In this document: one piece after another, positions 32,441-41,050 of the stretch | How positions within the stretch are numbered: position 1 is the stretch's first letter | How the letters are laid out: every line of letters begins with the position of its first letter | The notes under the pieces: model-generated | What the model was told of the DNA's origin: nothing | Database searches by the model: none | Seen by the model: the letters and a program-made list of their open reading frames with translations, nothing else | DNA from: a virus | Taxonomy: Duplodnaviria; Caudoviricetes | Length of the DNA stretch: 43,318 nucleotides | Direction: 5' to 3' (one strand) | Virus record (IMG/VR): IMGVR_UViG_3300025470_000036 | Location: 1 to 43,318 of that record | Translations under genes and position numbers: made by a program

Positions 32441-32838
32441 GAGATTACTCCGACCTTGTGAAGCGATTGCGCGGCAAAAAGTTAAACTGCACTTGTGCCG
32501 CTAAGTCAGCCAGCGAATGCTGTTGCAATACAGATTGGCCTGAAAGTTCTTGTGATGAAGCCGCCGACGCATTAGAGGCCCAAGCAAAACGCATTGCTGA
32601 ACTAGAACATCAAATGAAATTCGAGTGTGATACTTATCTCTGGAAACGCAAACAAATGTCGAGACGTATTGCGATGTTAGAATATTGGATGGAAAGGCTG
32701 TTTAAATACGGCAGTTCGCCAGAAGCAAGACGCAATGAACTGACAATGATGACAGAGATACCTGACTATTTGATTAGAGAGGGAGAGGATATTTTGCATC
32801 ATCTTGAGGAAAGATCAGATTTGGAGAAGGGGGAATGA
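32437..32838 (+). CDS. paralog array member 2 (Cys-rich insert)
   Basis: MRDYSDLVKRLR...EAADALEAQAKRIAELE; ATGA overlap. Confidence 0.7.
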   Translation: MRDYSDLVKRLRGKKLNCTCAAKSASECCCNTDWPESSCDEAADALEAQAKRIAELEHQMKFECDTYLWKRKQMSRRIAMLEYWMERLFKYGSSPEARRNELTMMTEIPDYLIREGEDILHHLEERSDLEKGE

Positions 32839-33179
32839 CTGACTATTCAGACCTTGTGAAGCGATTGCGGTCTATCCCTCAACGCATCAAAAATGGTTTC
32901 ATTGTTTATATGTCAAATGAATTTCCTTTATGCAGAGAAGCCGCCGACGCTATTGAGGTATTAGAACGGGACGCCGTTTTGGTTACGGACGCAATGGTTG
33001 CTCTGACAGACCGTGTGCAGGAATTAAAGGCGGCGTTAAAACCGTTTGAGGAAGAACTAAAAAATCAAGAATTGGAAGTTCCGCACGTTATTGATGGCGA
33101 CAGTCTAATTCACAACTACGGGCTGAGGCTGCGTGATTTACGCTCTGTCCGCGCCGCTTTGGAGAAGAAAAATGACTGA
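32835..33179 (+). CDS. paralog array member 3
   Basis: MTDYSDLVKRLR...EAADAIE...ELKAALKPF...DLR. Confidence 0.7.
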   Translation: MTDYSDLVKRLRSIPQRIKNGFIVYMSNEFPLCREAADAIEVLERDAVLVTDAMVALTDRVQELKAALKPFEEELKNQELEVPHVIDGDSLIHNYGLRLRDLRSVRAALEKKND

Positions 33180-33498
33180 CCACACCGACCTTATCTTACG
33201 GCTGCGCAACATGCTTAACAACGAGACTGTCAAAGATAGGTTCTATGCGATAGCTGACGCCTCTGACGCATTAGAGGCGCAAGCAAAGCGTATCGCTGAA
33301 TTGACGGCAGCATTAGAGCCATTTGCTGAGGTAGTGGAAAGATATGCTTATTGTTTGCCGGAGTCCGGCATGCCAGCAGTAGCAGAAGATGATGTTATTA
33401 TGTTTGAGCTAATGTATTTTCTTCAAGCCCGTAAGGTATTAGAAAACTCTGCGGCAGATTGGGAGGCGCAAGACCGCGCTTTGGGAGAGAAGGAATGA
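33172..33498 (+). CDS. paralog array member 4
   Basis: MTDHTDLILRLR...DALEAQAKRIAEL.AALEPFA...QARKVL...ALGEKE. Confidence 0.7.
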   Translation: MTDHTDLILRLRNMLNNETVKDRFYAIADASDALEAQAKRIAELTAALEPFAEVVERYAYCLPESGMPAVAEDDVIMFELMYFLQARKVLENSAADWEAQDRALGEKE

Positions 33499-33707
33499 TA
33501 TTTCCCTGTCGGGAATAACAAATGTGAAATTAACCAGTAAAAGTAATATTTTTACTGAGCGGTAAATATTATAAATTCCGCATAAACAAGAATTATGTCT
33601 CATTTAACATACGGCAAAATGCCGTTCGTAATACAAAATGCTTCAAATATGACCCACAAAAGCGACTGGTGATCCATATTTAGATATTTTAGGAAAGGGA
33701 CGTTGTA

Positions 33708-33893
33708 ATGAACACCAAGCTTCCTGAGCAATATTATGCTTACGTGCCTCACTCTCGTGTTGACGCGTATGTTGAAATTGGCTGGGAGTTCGAAAGTGAA
33801 TTGCCGCCGCCGCATTGTTTCTATGCATGCCTATACAGATGGATTGGCGAGGGGGAGCCATTAATGCCAAAACGAACAGATCAAAAAGAATAA
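33708..33893 (+). CDS. small hypothetical protein
   Basis: AAGGGA RBS; YVPH.RVDAY...GW.......H..YA.L..W. Confidence 0.55.
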   Translation: MNTKLPEQYYAYVPHSRVDAYVEIGWEFESELPPPHCFYACLYRWIGEGEPLMPKRTDQKE

Positions 33894-33964
33894 AAAAAGA
33901 CCCGGCTGCAACCGGGCCTAAAAGGTTAACCATTGGAAGAGACATCACCAAAAAGGAAATGGCT

Positions 33965-36244
33965 ATGTCGAGCGATAAGCTATCAGACATTGATGTATTG
34001 CGTCAAGATTTTGAGCAAGAATACGCGTCACCATCACAGTGGGCGCGTATGTATCGATCACTTGGGTGGCAGGTTGTTCCTGTCATGCTGCCGTCAGAGG
34101 CAAAGCCAGGCAAGAGCTGCAAGCAGCCTATTGTAAAGTGGGCGGAGCACGAGCGTGAGCTTACGTCAGACGACTTATTCAACAAGTGGTATGGCGCTGA
34201 CGGTCTTTACTCTAAGCGCATTAATATGGGCATCATCACTGGCGAGTGCTCGCAGTCTTTATTCGTCATCGATCTAGACCTACACAAGAACACATTTCCT
34301 GCGGTGTGGTGGCAAGGCATTCACGACGATCACGCGGGCGGCATACTGCCTGACACGCCACGGTCGACGACTGGCGGTGGCGGCAAGCATTATTTTTTCA
34401 GAGCTCCTCCGGGATGGGTGCCGCCTACAATAAAGACGCCTCAAGGCATCGACATTAGAGGGCGCGGCGGCTTTGTCGTGTCTGCGCCGTCACTGCACGA
34501 GACCGGCAATAATTACATATGGGACGAAGGCTTCGAGCCCTGGAACATAGAGGTCGCGGTTGCCACGACGTGGCTGTGCGAGGAGGTCGAGCGTCTCGTA
34601 TTAGAGAACGGCGGCAACATGCCTCACGAGGCCGTCAATCCAAGAACCTATGAAATATTGCCGCCGGTTCCTGGTCACGGTATGACGGGCGTCCAAAAGA
34701 ACGAGTTCGGTATGATAACCGACGGGCGCGAAAGCCAGATGGCCAAGATGATCTTTGGCCGTATGCTAGACGAGCGGCGCAAAGACCCAACATTCCCCGA
34801 CCCCGACCGCATACAGCGCATAGCGATTGATTTGTTCAAGCAATATGTGTCGCTGGTTAAGACGCGGATTGATGACCCCATTGCGCAAAAGCATGACTTG
34901 CTTGAGCGCGAGGGCCGCGGCCTTACGCTCTTCACGGAGAAGATGCACGACGCCCTGCGCAAGTGGGACACGAAGATCAAGCAATACGCGGAGGCCGGCC
35001 CTCCCCCAAAGCATGAGAGGCTTGAGCACAGACAAGACGCAACAGACAGCGTTAATCCCGACGAGGAAGAGTTTAATCTCAAGCCTGAGCAAATATCCAC
35101 ACTGATGAGAGACCCCAGCGTCTTCAGGACGCTGACCATCCAGGAAATATACGACCTCCCTGATCCGCGTTACTTGATCAAGGATCTCTTAATCGAGAAT
35201 GGCCTTTGCTTCGTCTACGGAGCTCCCGGATGCTGCAAAACCTTTATCGTGCTGGATATGGCGCTCTCCATTGCTGCCGGCCTTCCTGACTGGTGGGAGA
35301 AGCCTATAGAGCGGTCTGGGCCGGTCCTATACATCAGCTCTGAAGGCGTGACCGACATGAAATTCCGCATCAAGGCGTGGTCGGAAAACAACGGTCTTGG
35401 CGCTCCCCCTCTTCCTTTTCGCCTGCTTGATGAGAGCATGAACTTTATGAATGAGGAGGACATCGACAAGCTCATACGCACAATCGACAAGGCTATCCAA
35501 GGCATGGAAGGAGAGGTGCCGGTCCTTATCGTCATCGACACTGTCTCTCGTGTCCTGCCTGGCGCAGACGAGAACCTGCAGAAGGACATGACGCTGTTCA
35601 TCAGGGCGTGCGACCGCATCAAATCCAAGTTCGGCTGCTGCACCCTTGGCGTTCATCACACGGGCCGTCAGGGGGCAAATATGAGAGGCTCAACGGTATT
35701 TGACGGTGCCGCCGACGGGTCTTTCCTGATCGCTCGTGAGGAGGGCGCAATGGAAGGCCAGATCATGGCCAAGAAGATCAAGTCTGCGCCTGACGGGTGG
35801 ACGTGGGACTTTGGCATTCACTTGACGCCACTGATCTCAGGAAACACGTCACTGACTGTTACGCGAATGTTCGACGCAACGACAAAAAAAGATAATGAAC
35901 CGGTTCGTTCTCATGCTGACTTTGGCAATGCCCAGGAGACTGGACGCATCCACGTCGGCGGAAAGAAGAGGGACGCCGTCCTGTGCTTCAACATCTTGAA
36001 CGCCCTTCAAGACGACTTTGAGGACGGTCGTGGGTGGTCTATGGCAAAGAATACGTCCAGGGACTTCAGGAAGAACATGCACACACTCTTTAAAATTGAA
36101 CACAAGGAAGCGGAAGAAATCATAGACGACTGGTATGCGCGCCGTATCATTTCCGAAGAGTATAACAAGAACACAAAGGTCACGAGCTACAAGCTTGGTG
36201 ACAATTGGCTGCCCGACTTTAAGCGCAAAAAATACGACCGGTAA
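33965..36244 (+). CDS. bifunctional primase-polymerase (Prim-Pol) fused to an AAA_25/RepA-type helicase
   Basis: NMGIITG...LFVIDLD, TGGGGKHYFF, GIDIRGRGGFVV.APSLH; Walker A GAPGCCKT; VIDTVSR, DEN...DM, HHTGR...RGST...AAD; start placed after the AAGGA RBS. Confidence 0.88.
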   Translation: MSSDKLSDIDVLRQDFEQEYASPSQWARMYRSLGWQVVPVMLPSEAKPGKSCKQPIVKWAEHERELTSDDLFNKWYGADGLYSKRINMGIITGECSQSLFVIDLDLHKNTFPAVWWQGIHDDHAGGILPDTPRSTTGGGGKHYFFRAPPGWVPPTIKTPQGIDIRGRGGFVVSAPSLHETGNNYIWDEGFEPWNIEVAVATTWLCEEVERLVLENGGNMPHEAVNPRTYEILPPVPGHGMTGVQKNEFGMITDGRESQMAKMIFGRMLDERRKDPTFPDPDRIQRIAIDLFKQYVSLVKTRIDDPIAQKHDLLEREGRGLTLFTEKMHDALRKWDTKIKQYAEAGPPPKHERLEHRQDATDSVNPDEEEFNLKPEQISTLMRDPSVFRTLTIQEIYDLPDPRYLIKDLLIENGLCFVYGAPGCCKTFIVLDMALSIAAGLPDWWEKPIERSGPVLYISSEGVTDMKFRIKAWSENNGLGAPPLPFRLLDESMNFMNEEDIDKLIRTIDKAIQGMEGEVPVLIVIDTVSRVLPGADENLQKDMTLFIRACDRIKSKFGCCTLGVHHTGRQGANMRGSTVFDGAADGSFLIAREEGAMEGQIMAKKIKSAPDGWTWDFGIHLTPLISGNTSLTVTRMFDATTKKDNEPVRSHADFGNAQETGRIHVGGKKRDAVLCFNILNALQDDFEDGRGWSMAKNTSRDFRKNMHTLFKIEHKEAEEIIDDWYARRIISEEYNKNTKVTSYKLGDNWLPDFKRKKYDR

Positions 36245-36452
36245 TTGCGGAAGTAACCAAAAGACACTTCCGCAAATTAACCAGAAAAAAATTACTTCCG
36301 CAAATAAGGCACTGAAAACAAATGAAATACTTACTTCCGCAAATTACTTCCGCAAACACTTCCGGTCACTTTCTCAAAACATTTAAAATCAAAGACTTAA
36401 CTTGCGGAAGTAATTTGCGGAAGTGGGGCCTTATACACATTAGTGTATAAGG
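36245..36452. repeat. putative replication origin: TTGCGGAAGT(AA) iterons, IHF-like site and hairpin
   Basis: forward copies at 36245, 36402, 36415; inverted copies (ACTTCCGCAA) at 36266, 36294, 36333, 36346; partial at 36357; AATCAA-N4-TTA at 36387-36399; 10-bp stem 36429-36452; starts right at the primase-helicase stop. Confidence 0.75.
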
Positions 36453-36503
36453 GCTTCGCGGGGCGCTCCCTCAGGGTCGCGCGCCCGCTCGCCGACACAC
36501 AGG

Positions 36504-36896
36504 GTGGTTGACAAAAATGGACTTAGTAGGAAGGATCATTGGGTGATGGGCAAAAAGGACAATGGGCCGGCGGGAGTTCAGACGGTGGGAAGCCGGATGA
36601 TTGGCAATCGGTCGTATAAGATTAGGTCGGACGAGCGGCTCATCGGCGAACGCGACGGTTGGGAGTTGAGCGAGTTGACGGCGTGGTCGAGGGACGGCTG
36701 GTTAAGCTTACGCGTGTTGGACGCGAGGACTGACAGACCGAAGGGTAATGGGACGCCCCGCATGCGGGTGTATCAGATTGGATACAACACGGCGCAAGGG
36801 CGCGTGGCCAGGAACTTGTATTGGTGGAGACTGACGGAGCACTGGCCTGAGGTATCGGCGTGGGTGCTGGACAAGATCAAGGAGGATACGCAATGA
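36504..36896 (+). CDS. hypothetical protein (start uncertain; the ATG at 36546 is possible)
   Basis: ORF track; ends with a GGAGGA RBS coupled to the next ORF. Confidence 0.5.
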   Translation: MVDKNGLSRKDHWVMGKKDNGPAGVQTVGSRMIGNRSYKIRSDERLIGERDGWELSELTAWSRDGWLSLRVLDARTDRPKGNGTPRMRVYQIGYNTAQGRVARNLYWWRLTEHWPEVSAWVLDKIKEDTQ

Positions 36897-36988
36897 CCGG
36901 CGAAGATGTTATGGGTTACGCGATTTGTATTATTATCGCAGCATTCGTCGCCTACCTTGCGGACGGGTTGCTTAATGGGTGGGACTGA
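36893..36988 (+). CDS. 31-aa single-TM peptide
   Basis: GGAGGA RBS, ATGA overlap; MTGEDVMGYAICIIIAAFVAYLADGLLNGWD. Confidence 0.5.
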   Translation: MTGEDVMGYAICIIIAAFVAYLADGLLNGWD

Positions 36989-37100
36989 TGGCGATATTGA
37001 AAAGGTTGTTTGACGCCGTCGGCTTTGCGATAGCATTAGTGGTGATTTGGGTATTGGTTGTCGGGCTAATCTTTCAAATGCATTGGAAGGGGAAAAAACT

Positions 37101-37532
37101 ATGATTGACTGGACAGACAAGGCGCTTGACGCGGCGGTAATGGCAATGGGTGAGGGATCGTATCCCCGCCTGTCTTGGGGCAATCGCCTGAAGTGCCGCG
37201 AAGACTTCAGAAAGATCCTCAACGCCGCCATAGAGGCGCAAGAGGCAAACTGCGAAGAGTTCGACGTAGACGAAGTTACTGACGAAGGCGAGGAGGAAGA
37301 AGACTTTGAGCTTCTTGTCGAGAGGCCGTCGGCAACAAAATCTTATTTGATTGAGATGACGCTAGAACAGATTGATGCAATTATCATTCAAGAAATGAAA
37401 GGCACGTATTTGCTTTGCAAGTTAGACACAGAAACAGGCGACAAAAAAGTATTGGAAGCGGCAGATGTAATTCTTGATTATTTCATGTCGCCTGAAGAAT
37501 ATGAAAAATGGTTAAAAGAAATTGAGGATTGA
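37101..37532 (+). CDS. hypothetical acidic protein
   Basis: GGAAGGGG RBS; central D/E tract. Confidence 0.55.
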   Translation: MIDWTDKALDAAVMAMGEGSYPRLSWGNRLKCREDFRKILNAAIEAQEANCEEFDVDEVTDEGEEEEDFELLVERPSATKSYLIEMTLEQIDAIIIQEMKGTYLLCKLDTETGDKKVLEAADVILDYFMSPEEYEKWLKEIED

Positions 37533-37645
37533 TGTCGATGTCAGAGACGAAAGAAGACCCTATCGCCTTACTGGCGCAGGAGATTAAGAAGTTACGCAAG
37601 AAGATTAAAAAATTGAAGCATGCCGTGAGGGGAATAAAGAAATGA
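37532..37645 (+). CDS. 37-aa basic coiled-coil peptide
   Basis: TGATG coupling with GAGG RBS; LAQEIKKLRKKIKKLK. Confidence 0.4.
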   Translation: MSMSETKEDPIALLAQEIKKLRKKIKKLKHAVRGIKK

Positions 37646-37718
37646 CGGAAGAGAAAAATACTTAGATAGGCTACACATTTCCATAATATGACGCACGAAG
37701 CTTACAAAAGGCAATCAA

Positions 37719-38321
37719 ATGAGCAATCCAATATTTGTCCCGGCATACTGGCCGTTGTTTAAGACGCATGAGCTAAGACGGTTTGACTATACGTCTTCAG
37801 ATGAGCCGTCATTTACGTCAGTGTTTTCGTATGACACTGGCAGCGACAGTATGCTTTACAATAATTACGACAGAGACGGCGTTTGGCTTAACAAGTGGTA
37901 TTACCGGTATAATGTTGGGTCAGGGATAAATGAGTGGCGTGACGACTATCCGGGAGACAAGAAGGTTGTCATGCTGCCGCCAATTGGCTGGGGAGAGTTT
38001 CAGGGGATACCCTCGCTATACGAGAGTAAGCCGCAGTTTAATCCATTGATGTGTTGGCCGCCGGCATTTGGGTCAGGAGAACAGATTGTTGCGTTTGAAG
38101 AGCAGACGTCAATGATTGTGCAAAACGTCCATTACGATGACGTTATTGTTTTTTCTTACCTGCAATCGTGGAACGGTAAGCCAGCAACAGGCGCGAGATA
38201 CTGGATGGCGTTAGGCGTTGGCCCAATTGCCACGCAGTTTATCACGCAAGACGCGACAGACAGAACAAAGCTCATTACAACATCACGCTGGGACGCAAAG
38301 GTGACAAGATACAATGTCTGA
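37719..38321 (+). CDS. hypothetical aromatic-rich beta protein
   Basis: 200-aa ORF, W/Y-rich; ARYWMALGVGP. Confidence 0.55.
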   Translation: MSNPIFVPAYWPLFKTHELRRFDYTSSDEPSFTSVFSYDTGSDSMLYNNYDRDGVWLNKWYYRYNVGSGINEWRDDYPGDKKVVMLPPIGWGEFQGIPSLYESKPQFNPLMCWPPAFGSGEQIVAFEEQTSMIVQNVHYDDVIVFSYLQSWNGKPATGARYWMALGVGPIATQFITQDATDRTKLITTSRWDAKVTRYNV

Positions 38322-38538
38322 GATAGATCACAGAGGAATTGCAATAAAGGCGTTTCTTAGCCGTATGGTATACGAGGAGCCTACAAGAGAATTGATGGAT
38401 GAGGCCGCAGATCTTATTGCGGCATTGTATGACACAAAAGAGTTTTGGTTTGAGCAGCACAAATTGATGTCTGATTTGATATATGAGGAGATAAGAAATG
38501 GCTTCGCGTTTACGGAAGAGCAAAACACCGCCAACTAA
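38314..38538 (+). CDS. hypothetical protein
   Basis: 74 aa; LMDEAADLI motif; overlaps neighbours. Confidence 0.45.
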   Translation: MSEIDHRGIAIKAFLSRMVYEEPTRELMDEAADLIAALYDTKEFWFEQHKLMSDLIYEEIRNGFAFTEEQNTAN

Positions 38539-39202
38539 AGCCGACAGAGGCGTCCCCGTCTCTGCCTACACGCCACCGCCGTGGCAATGCACTGAGGGCT
38601 GCTACCTTGCCGGCAAGGAGGCGCTCGACGAGGCAGATCATCTTGGCGAGGAGATGGAGAGGTATTGGGGCCGCGGGCGTCTGAGGCTCCTGGTCAATAA
38701 GGAGCTCGCGGAAAGGTTTGACCGTCAGAGATACCTGACGGCTCAGGCCCGCTGGGAAGGTCAGCTAGAAGACGTCAAGCGAGAAGCTGGCCGCATGGTG
38801 AAGGCATACCGCGCGCTGGATAGTGCCGCAAAGGCCGTAGGAGCGTCACCAGTAGACGATGAGACGTGGGAGGCTACTATCCCCCACGGAGTAATGGAAG
38901 GCGCTGTATTGGTCATTGTGAAGAACGAGGAGGCTATTCTTAAAGTCACGAAGACTGTTGACGGCAGGAATGTTGTCGTCATGACGCTCAAAGATATTGC
39001 GCATCACATCAGCATGGATCACGACTTGCTGCAGATACGTCAGTCTTTTCCGGGGGCGGCAGTTGAGGCCAGGTCACGGATAATAGATCCCCTGCAGCCA
39101 TCTTTGCGTAAAACTGAGGATGGAGTAATAGACGTCAGTGTGCCGATTGACGGCATACAAGGCTTTCCAGACTGGGAGTATGGGGATGAAGTGCCCTTCT
39201 GA
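38498..39202 (+). CDS. conserved phage hypothetical protein
   Basis: GAGGAG RBS; MERYWGRGRLRLLV; FPGA.V; ends GDEVPF. Confidence 0.65.
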   Translation: MASRLRKSKTPPTKADRGVPVSAYTPPPWQCTEGCYLAGKEALDEADHLGEEMERYWGRGRLRLLVNKELAERFDRQRYLTAQARWEGQLEDVKREAGRMVKAYRALDSAAKAVGASPVDDETWEATIPHGVMEGAVLVIVKNEEAILKVTKTVDGRNVVVMTLKDIAHHISMDHDLLQIRQSFPGAAVEARSRIIDPLQPSLRKTEDGVIDVSVPIDGIQGFPDWEYGDEVPF

Positions 39203-39383
39203 CGAAGAAGAAAAGACGCCATTTAAAATTGAGAAGGTGACAAAAATAGTTTTGGCCTGCAATCACTTTGTTGGACACGCGCGAGTAGATGAGGACATGC
39301 TGCCGACAACGTCGTCAAGCAGACGAAAGATCCCAATGTCATTGCCCAGGGTTAAATTCCTGGAGGGGCCTGATCCAAAATAA
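39186..39383 (+). CDS. small hypothetical protein
   Basis: GGGAG upstream; ends SLPRVKFLE; stops immediately before the terminator. Confidence 0.45.
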   Translation: MKCPSDEEEKTPFKIEKVTKIVLACNHFVGHARVDEDMLPTTSSSRRKIPMSLPRVKFLEGPDPK

Positions 39384-39410
39384 AAGGCGGGGAAATCCCC
39401 GCCCTTTTTT
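39382..39410. terminator. bidirectional rho-independent terminator
   Basis: AAAA-GGCGGGG-aaat-CCCCGCC-c-TTTTTT between convergent operons. Confidence 0.85.
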
Positions 39411-39768
39411 ATAACTGCTTTTCTTGTTTCTTTTTCTTTTCTCTTTCCTTTTTCAAAAACACTATTTCTTCTTTGAGCTCTTTAATTTCATCGTTAAGCG
39501 TTTCTATTTTTGTTTCTGCTGATTTTTTTGCTGACGTCATACGCTTTAGCGCGTCTTCTGCCGTTAGTGCTCGCGTCTCAAGTTCGCCAATGGCGTCTCC
39601 AAACTCTTTATCGCCATTTAAATAAAATTTCTGCCTCATGTCATTGTAATACGGCATCTTGTCTTTGATCGCGATATACGATCTTTCTCCTACCGCAAAA
39701 TTTCCGGGGCTTATTTCCAGCGGACCAAGCACATACATTTTCTCTTTGTGTAGTTTCTCTAGCGACAT
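39409..39768 (-). CDS. hypothetical coiled-coil protein
   Basis: AGGAGATTGATATG start; K/E-rich heptads. Confidence 0.6.
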   Translation of the reverse strand: MSLEKLHKEKMYVLGPLEISPGNFAVGERSYIAIKDKMPYYNDMRQKFYLNGDKEFGDAIGELETRALTAEDALKRMTSAKKSAETKIETLNDEIKELKEEIVFLKKEREKKKKQEKQL

Positions 39769-39777
39769 ATCAATCTC

Positions 39778-40014
39778 CTAAATAGTTGCGTCAGCCTCTT
39801 GTCTCAATTCGTGGCACACCACCTCAAGCAGCCAGTCTCTGTCAATTGCTCCCTCCTTCAAGCCGTGCATGACAATTGCCACGAGGCGTGGCACTGGGTG
39901 CGTCGCGGAAAGCCAGGAAGTAACCTGACGCGGTGTCTTGCCTGTAATGGTAGCCAAGTCATTATTTGACAGACCTTGGGCCGCCATTGCTTGTTTGAGC
40001 TCTAGAGGGGACAT
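39778..40014 (-). CDS. XRE/Cro-like HTH DNA-binding protein
   Basis: M.P.EL.......GLS..DLA..TG.T.RQV..W.....PVP..V. Confidence 0.75.
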   Translation of the reverse strand: MSPLELKQAMAAQGLSNNDLATITGKTPRQVTSWLSATHPVPRLVAIVMHGLKEGAIDRDWLLEVVCHELRQEADATI

Positions 40015-40196
40015 AGCCTTCTCACTCCTGGTTTTTCTTGTTCGTGTCCCTCCCGCTTTGCCTGTAGATAGTTGTGGACGTCAAGCTCTGTCCAATTGGG
40101 GGAAGTATAGGTCGGATCACGACGCGTAAGCTTGCAAAACTCTTTCCAAAGATTTGGGTTAATCTCCCAGCAAGGTTCTAGCGACACGCTGCACAT
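40002..40196 (-). CDS. hypothetical protein
   Basis: GGAGACTGATATG start. Confidence 0.45.
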   Translation of the reverse strand: MCSVSLEPCWEINPNLWKEFCKLTRRDPTYTSPNWTELDVHNYLQAKREGHEQEKPGVRRLCPL

Positions 40197-40197
40197 A

Positions 40198-40302
40198 TCA
40201 GTCTCCGTATTTAGTCATGAACCAGACAACCAGGGCGGCGCTTAATACACCGCCCACTAAGAACGATAACGCTACTACAATTGTGGCAAGCGTCTCGCAC
40301 AT
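40198..40302 (-). CDS. 34-aa single-TM peptide
   Basis: TGATG coupling, GGAG RBS; MCETLATIVVALSFLVGGVLSAALVVWFMTKYGD. Confidence 0.5.
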   Translation of the reverse strand: MCETLATIVVALSFLVGGVLSAALVVWFMTKYGD

Positions 40303-40556
40303 CAGTTGTCTCCGACAAAAAATCCGTAGCGTGGGTTAAGGATCTTGAAGCCATTGTGGTAGAGATACGTAGCCAATTGCTGAGCCGGACGGTGGTCGAC
40401 TGCAATTCCGTTTCTCATATGCGCCCACTCATCTACTTCTATCTCATTCTCAAAGAATTCTTTGGCTGCGTCTGACACTGGTTCGAACATCCAAATGGTC
40501 GCAAAGCCCTCAGCGTGAACCAATACGTCTACGTCACTTGTATCTATATTTGTCAT
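40302..40556 (-). CDS. hypothetical early protein
   Basis: GGAGATTGACATG start. Confidence 0.6.
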   Translation of the reverse strand: MTNIDTSDVDVLVHAEGFATIWMFEPVSDAAKEFFENEIEVDEWAHMRNGIAVDHRPAQQLATYLYHNGFKILNPRYGFFVGDN

Positions 40557-40567
40557 GTCAATCTCCA

Positions 40568-40861
40568 TCAGTCTCTGTCAGAATATTCGTCAATTTTGTG
40601 CTCAGCTATTTCTGTCCAATTAACCTGGCTAATAAACGCAAAGGCGAATTCAGCTGCTAAATTTTGTTGGTTCAGTCCTCCGTCGCCGCATCCAGATAAG
40701 ATAATTTCTTCCGCGTATTCTTTTAGGCACAACCCAATATTGTAAGCGTCATCATCTAATGAACGCCCAAGTATTTCGTAAGGATCAAAGCTGTCAAACA
40801 GCTCAAGGTTAACGCGCCACGTCGCGTAATTTGTCCAGCCATTGTATTTATTGTCTGACAT
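40568..40861 (-). CDS. conserved phage early protein (YNGWTNYATW...VNW.EIA family)
   Basis: recognisable terminal motifs; GGAGATTGATATG start. Confidence 0.7.
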   Translation of the reverse strand: MSDNKYNGWTNYATWRVNLELFDSFDPYEILGRSLDDDAYNIGLCLKEYAEEIILSGCGDGGLNQQNLAAEFAFAFISQVNWTEIAEHKIDEYSDRD

Positions 40862-40872
40862 ATCAATCTCCA

Positions 40873-41037
40873 TTATTTATACTGACCATTGACTAAACGC
40901 TGCACTCTAAAGATCTGGTTATTTTTTCTGTATACTTCCATCTGGAACGCAATGGACTTGACGTCCCAGGCGTGGGTAATGACAAGCCATTTGTTGTTAT
41001 ACATGAGCTGCAGGCGAAATTCTGGATATACGCGCAT
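40873..41037 (-). CDS. hypothetical early protein directly downstream of the ribozyme
   Basis: GGAGATTGACATG start. Confidence 0.55.
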   Translation of the reverse strand: MRVYPEFRLQLMYNNKWLVITHAWDVKSIAFQMEVYRKNNQIFRVQRLVNGQYK

Positions 41038-41050
41038 GTCAATCTCCATT

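Noticed and set aside
32099-33498. Possible diversity-generating retroelement
   Set aside because: No reverse transcriptase in the window and no template/variable repeat pair differing at adenines; variation is by whole segments
33815-33964. N-terminal extension of the primase ORF in the track
   Set aside because: Overlaps a better-supported small gene and a hairpin; the RBS supports a start near 33965
36245-36424. Possible CRISPR-like array
   Set aside because: Repeats are 10-12 bp, in both orientations and irregularly spaced, and there are no cas genes; iterons fit better
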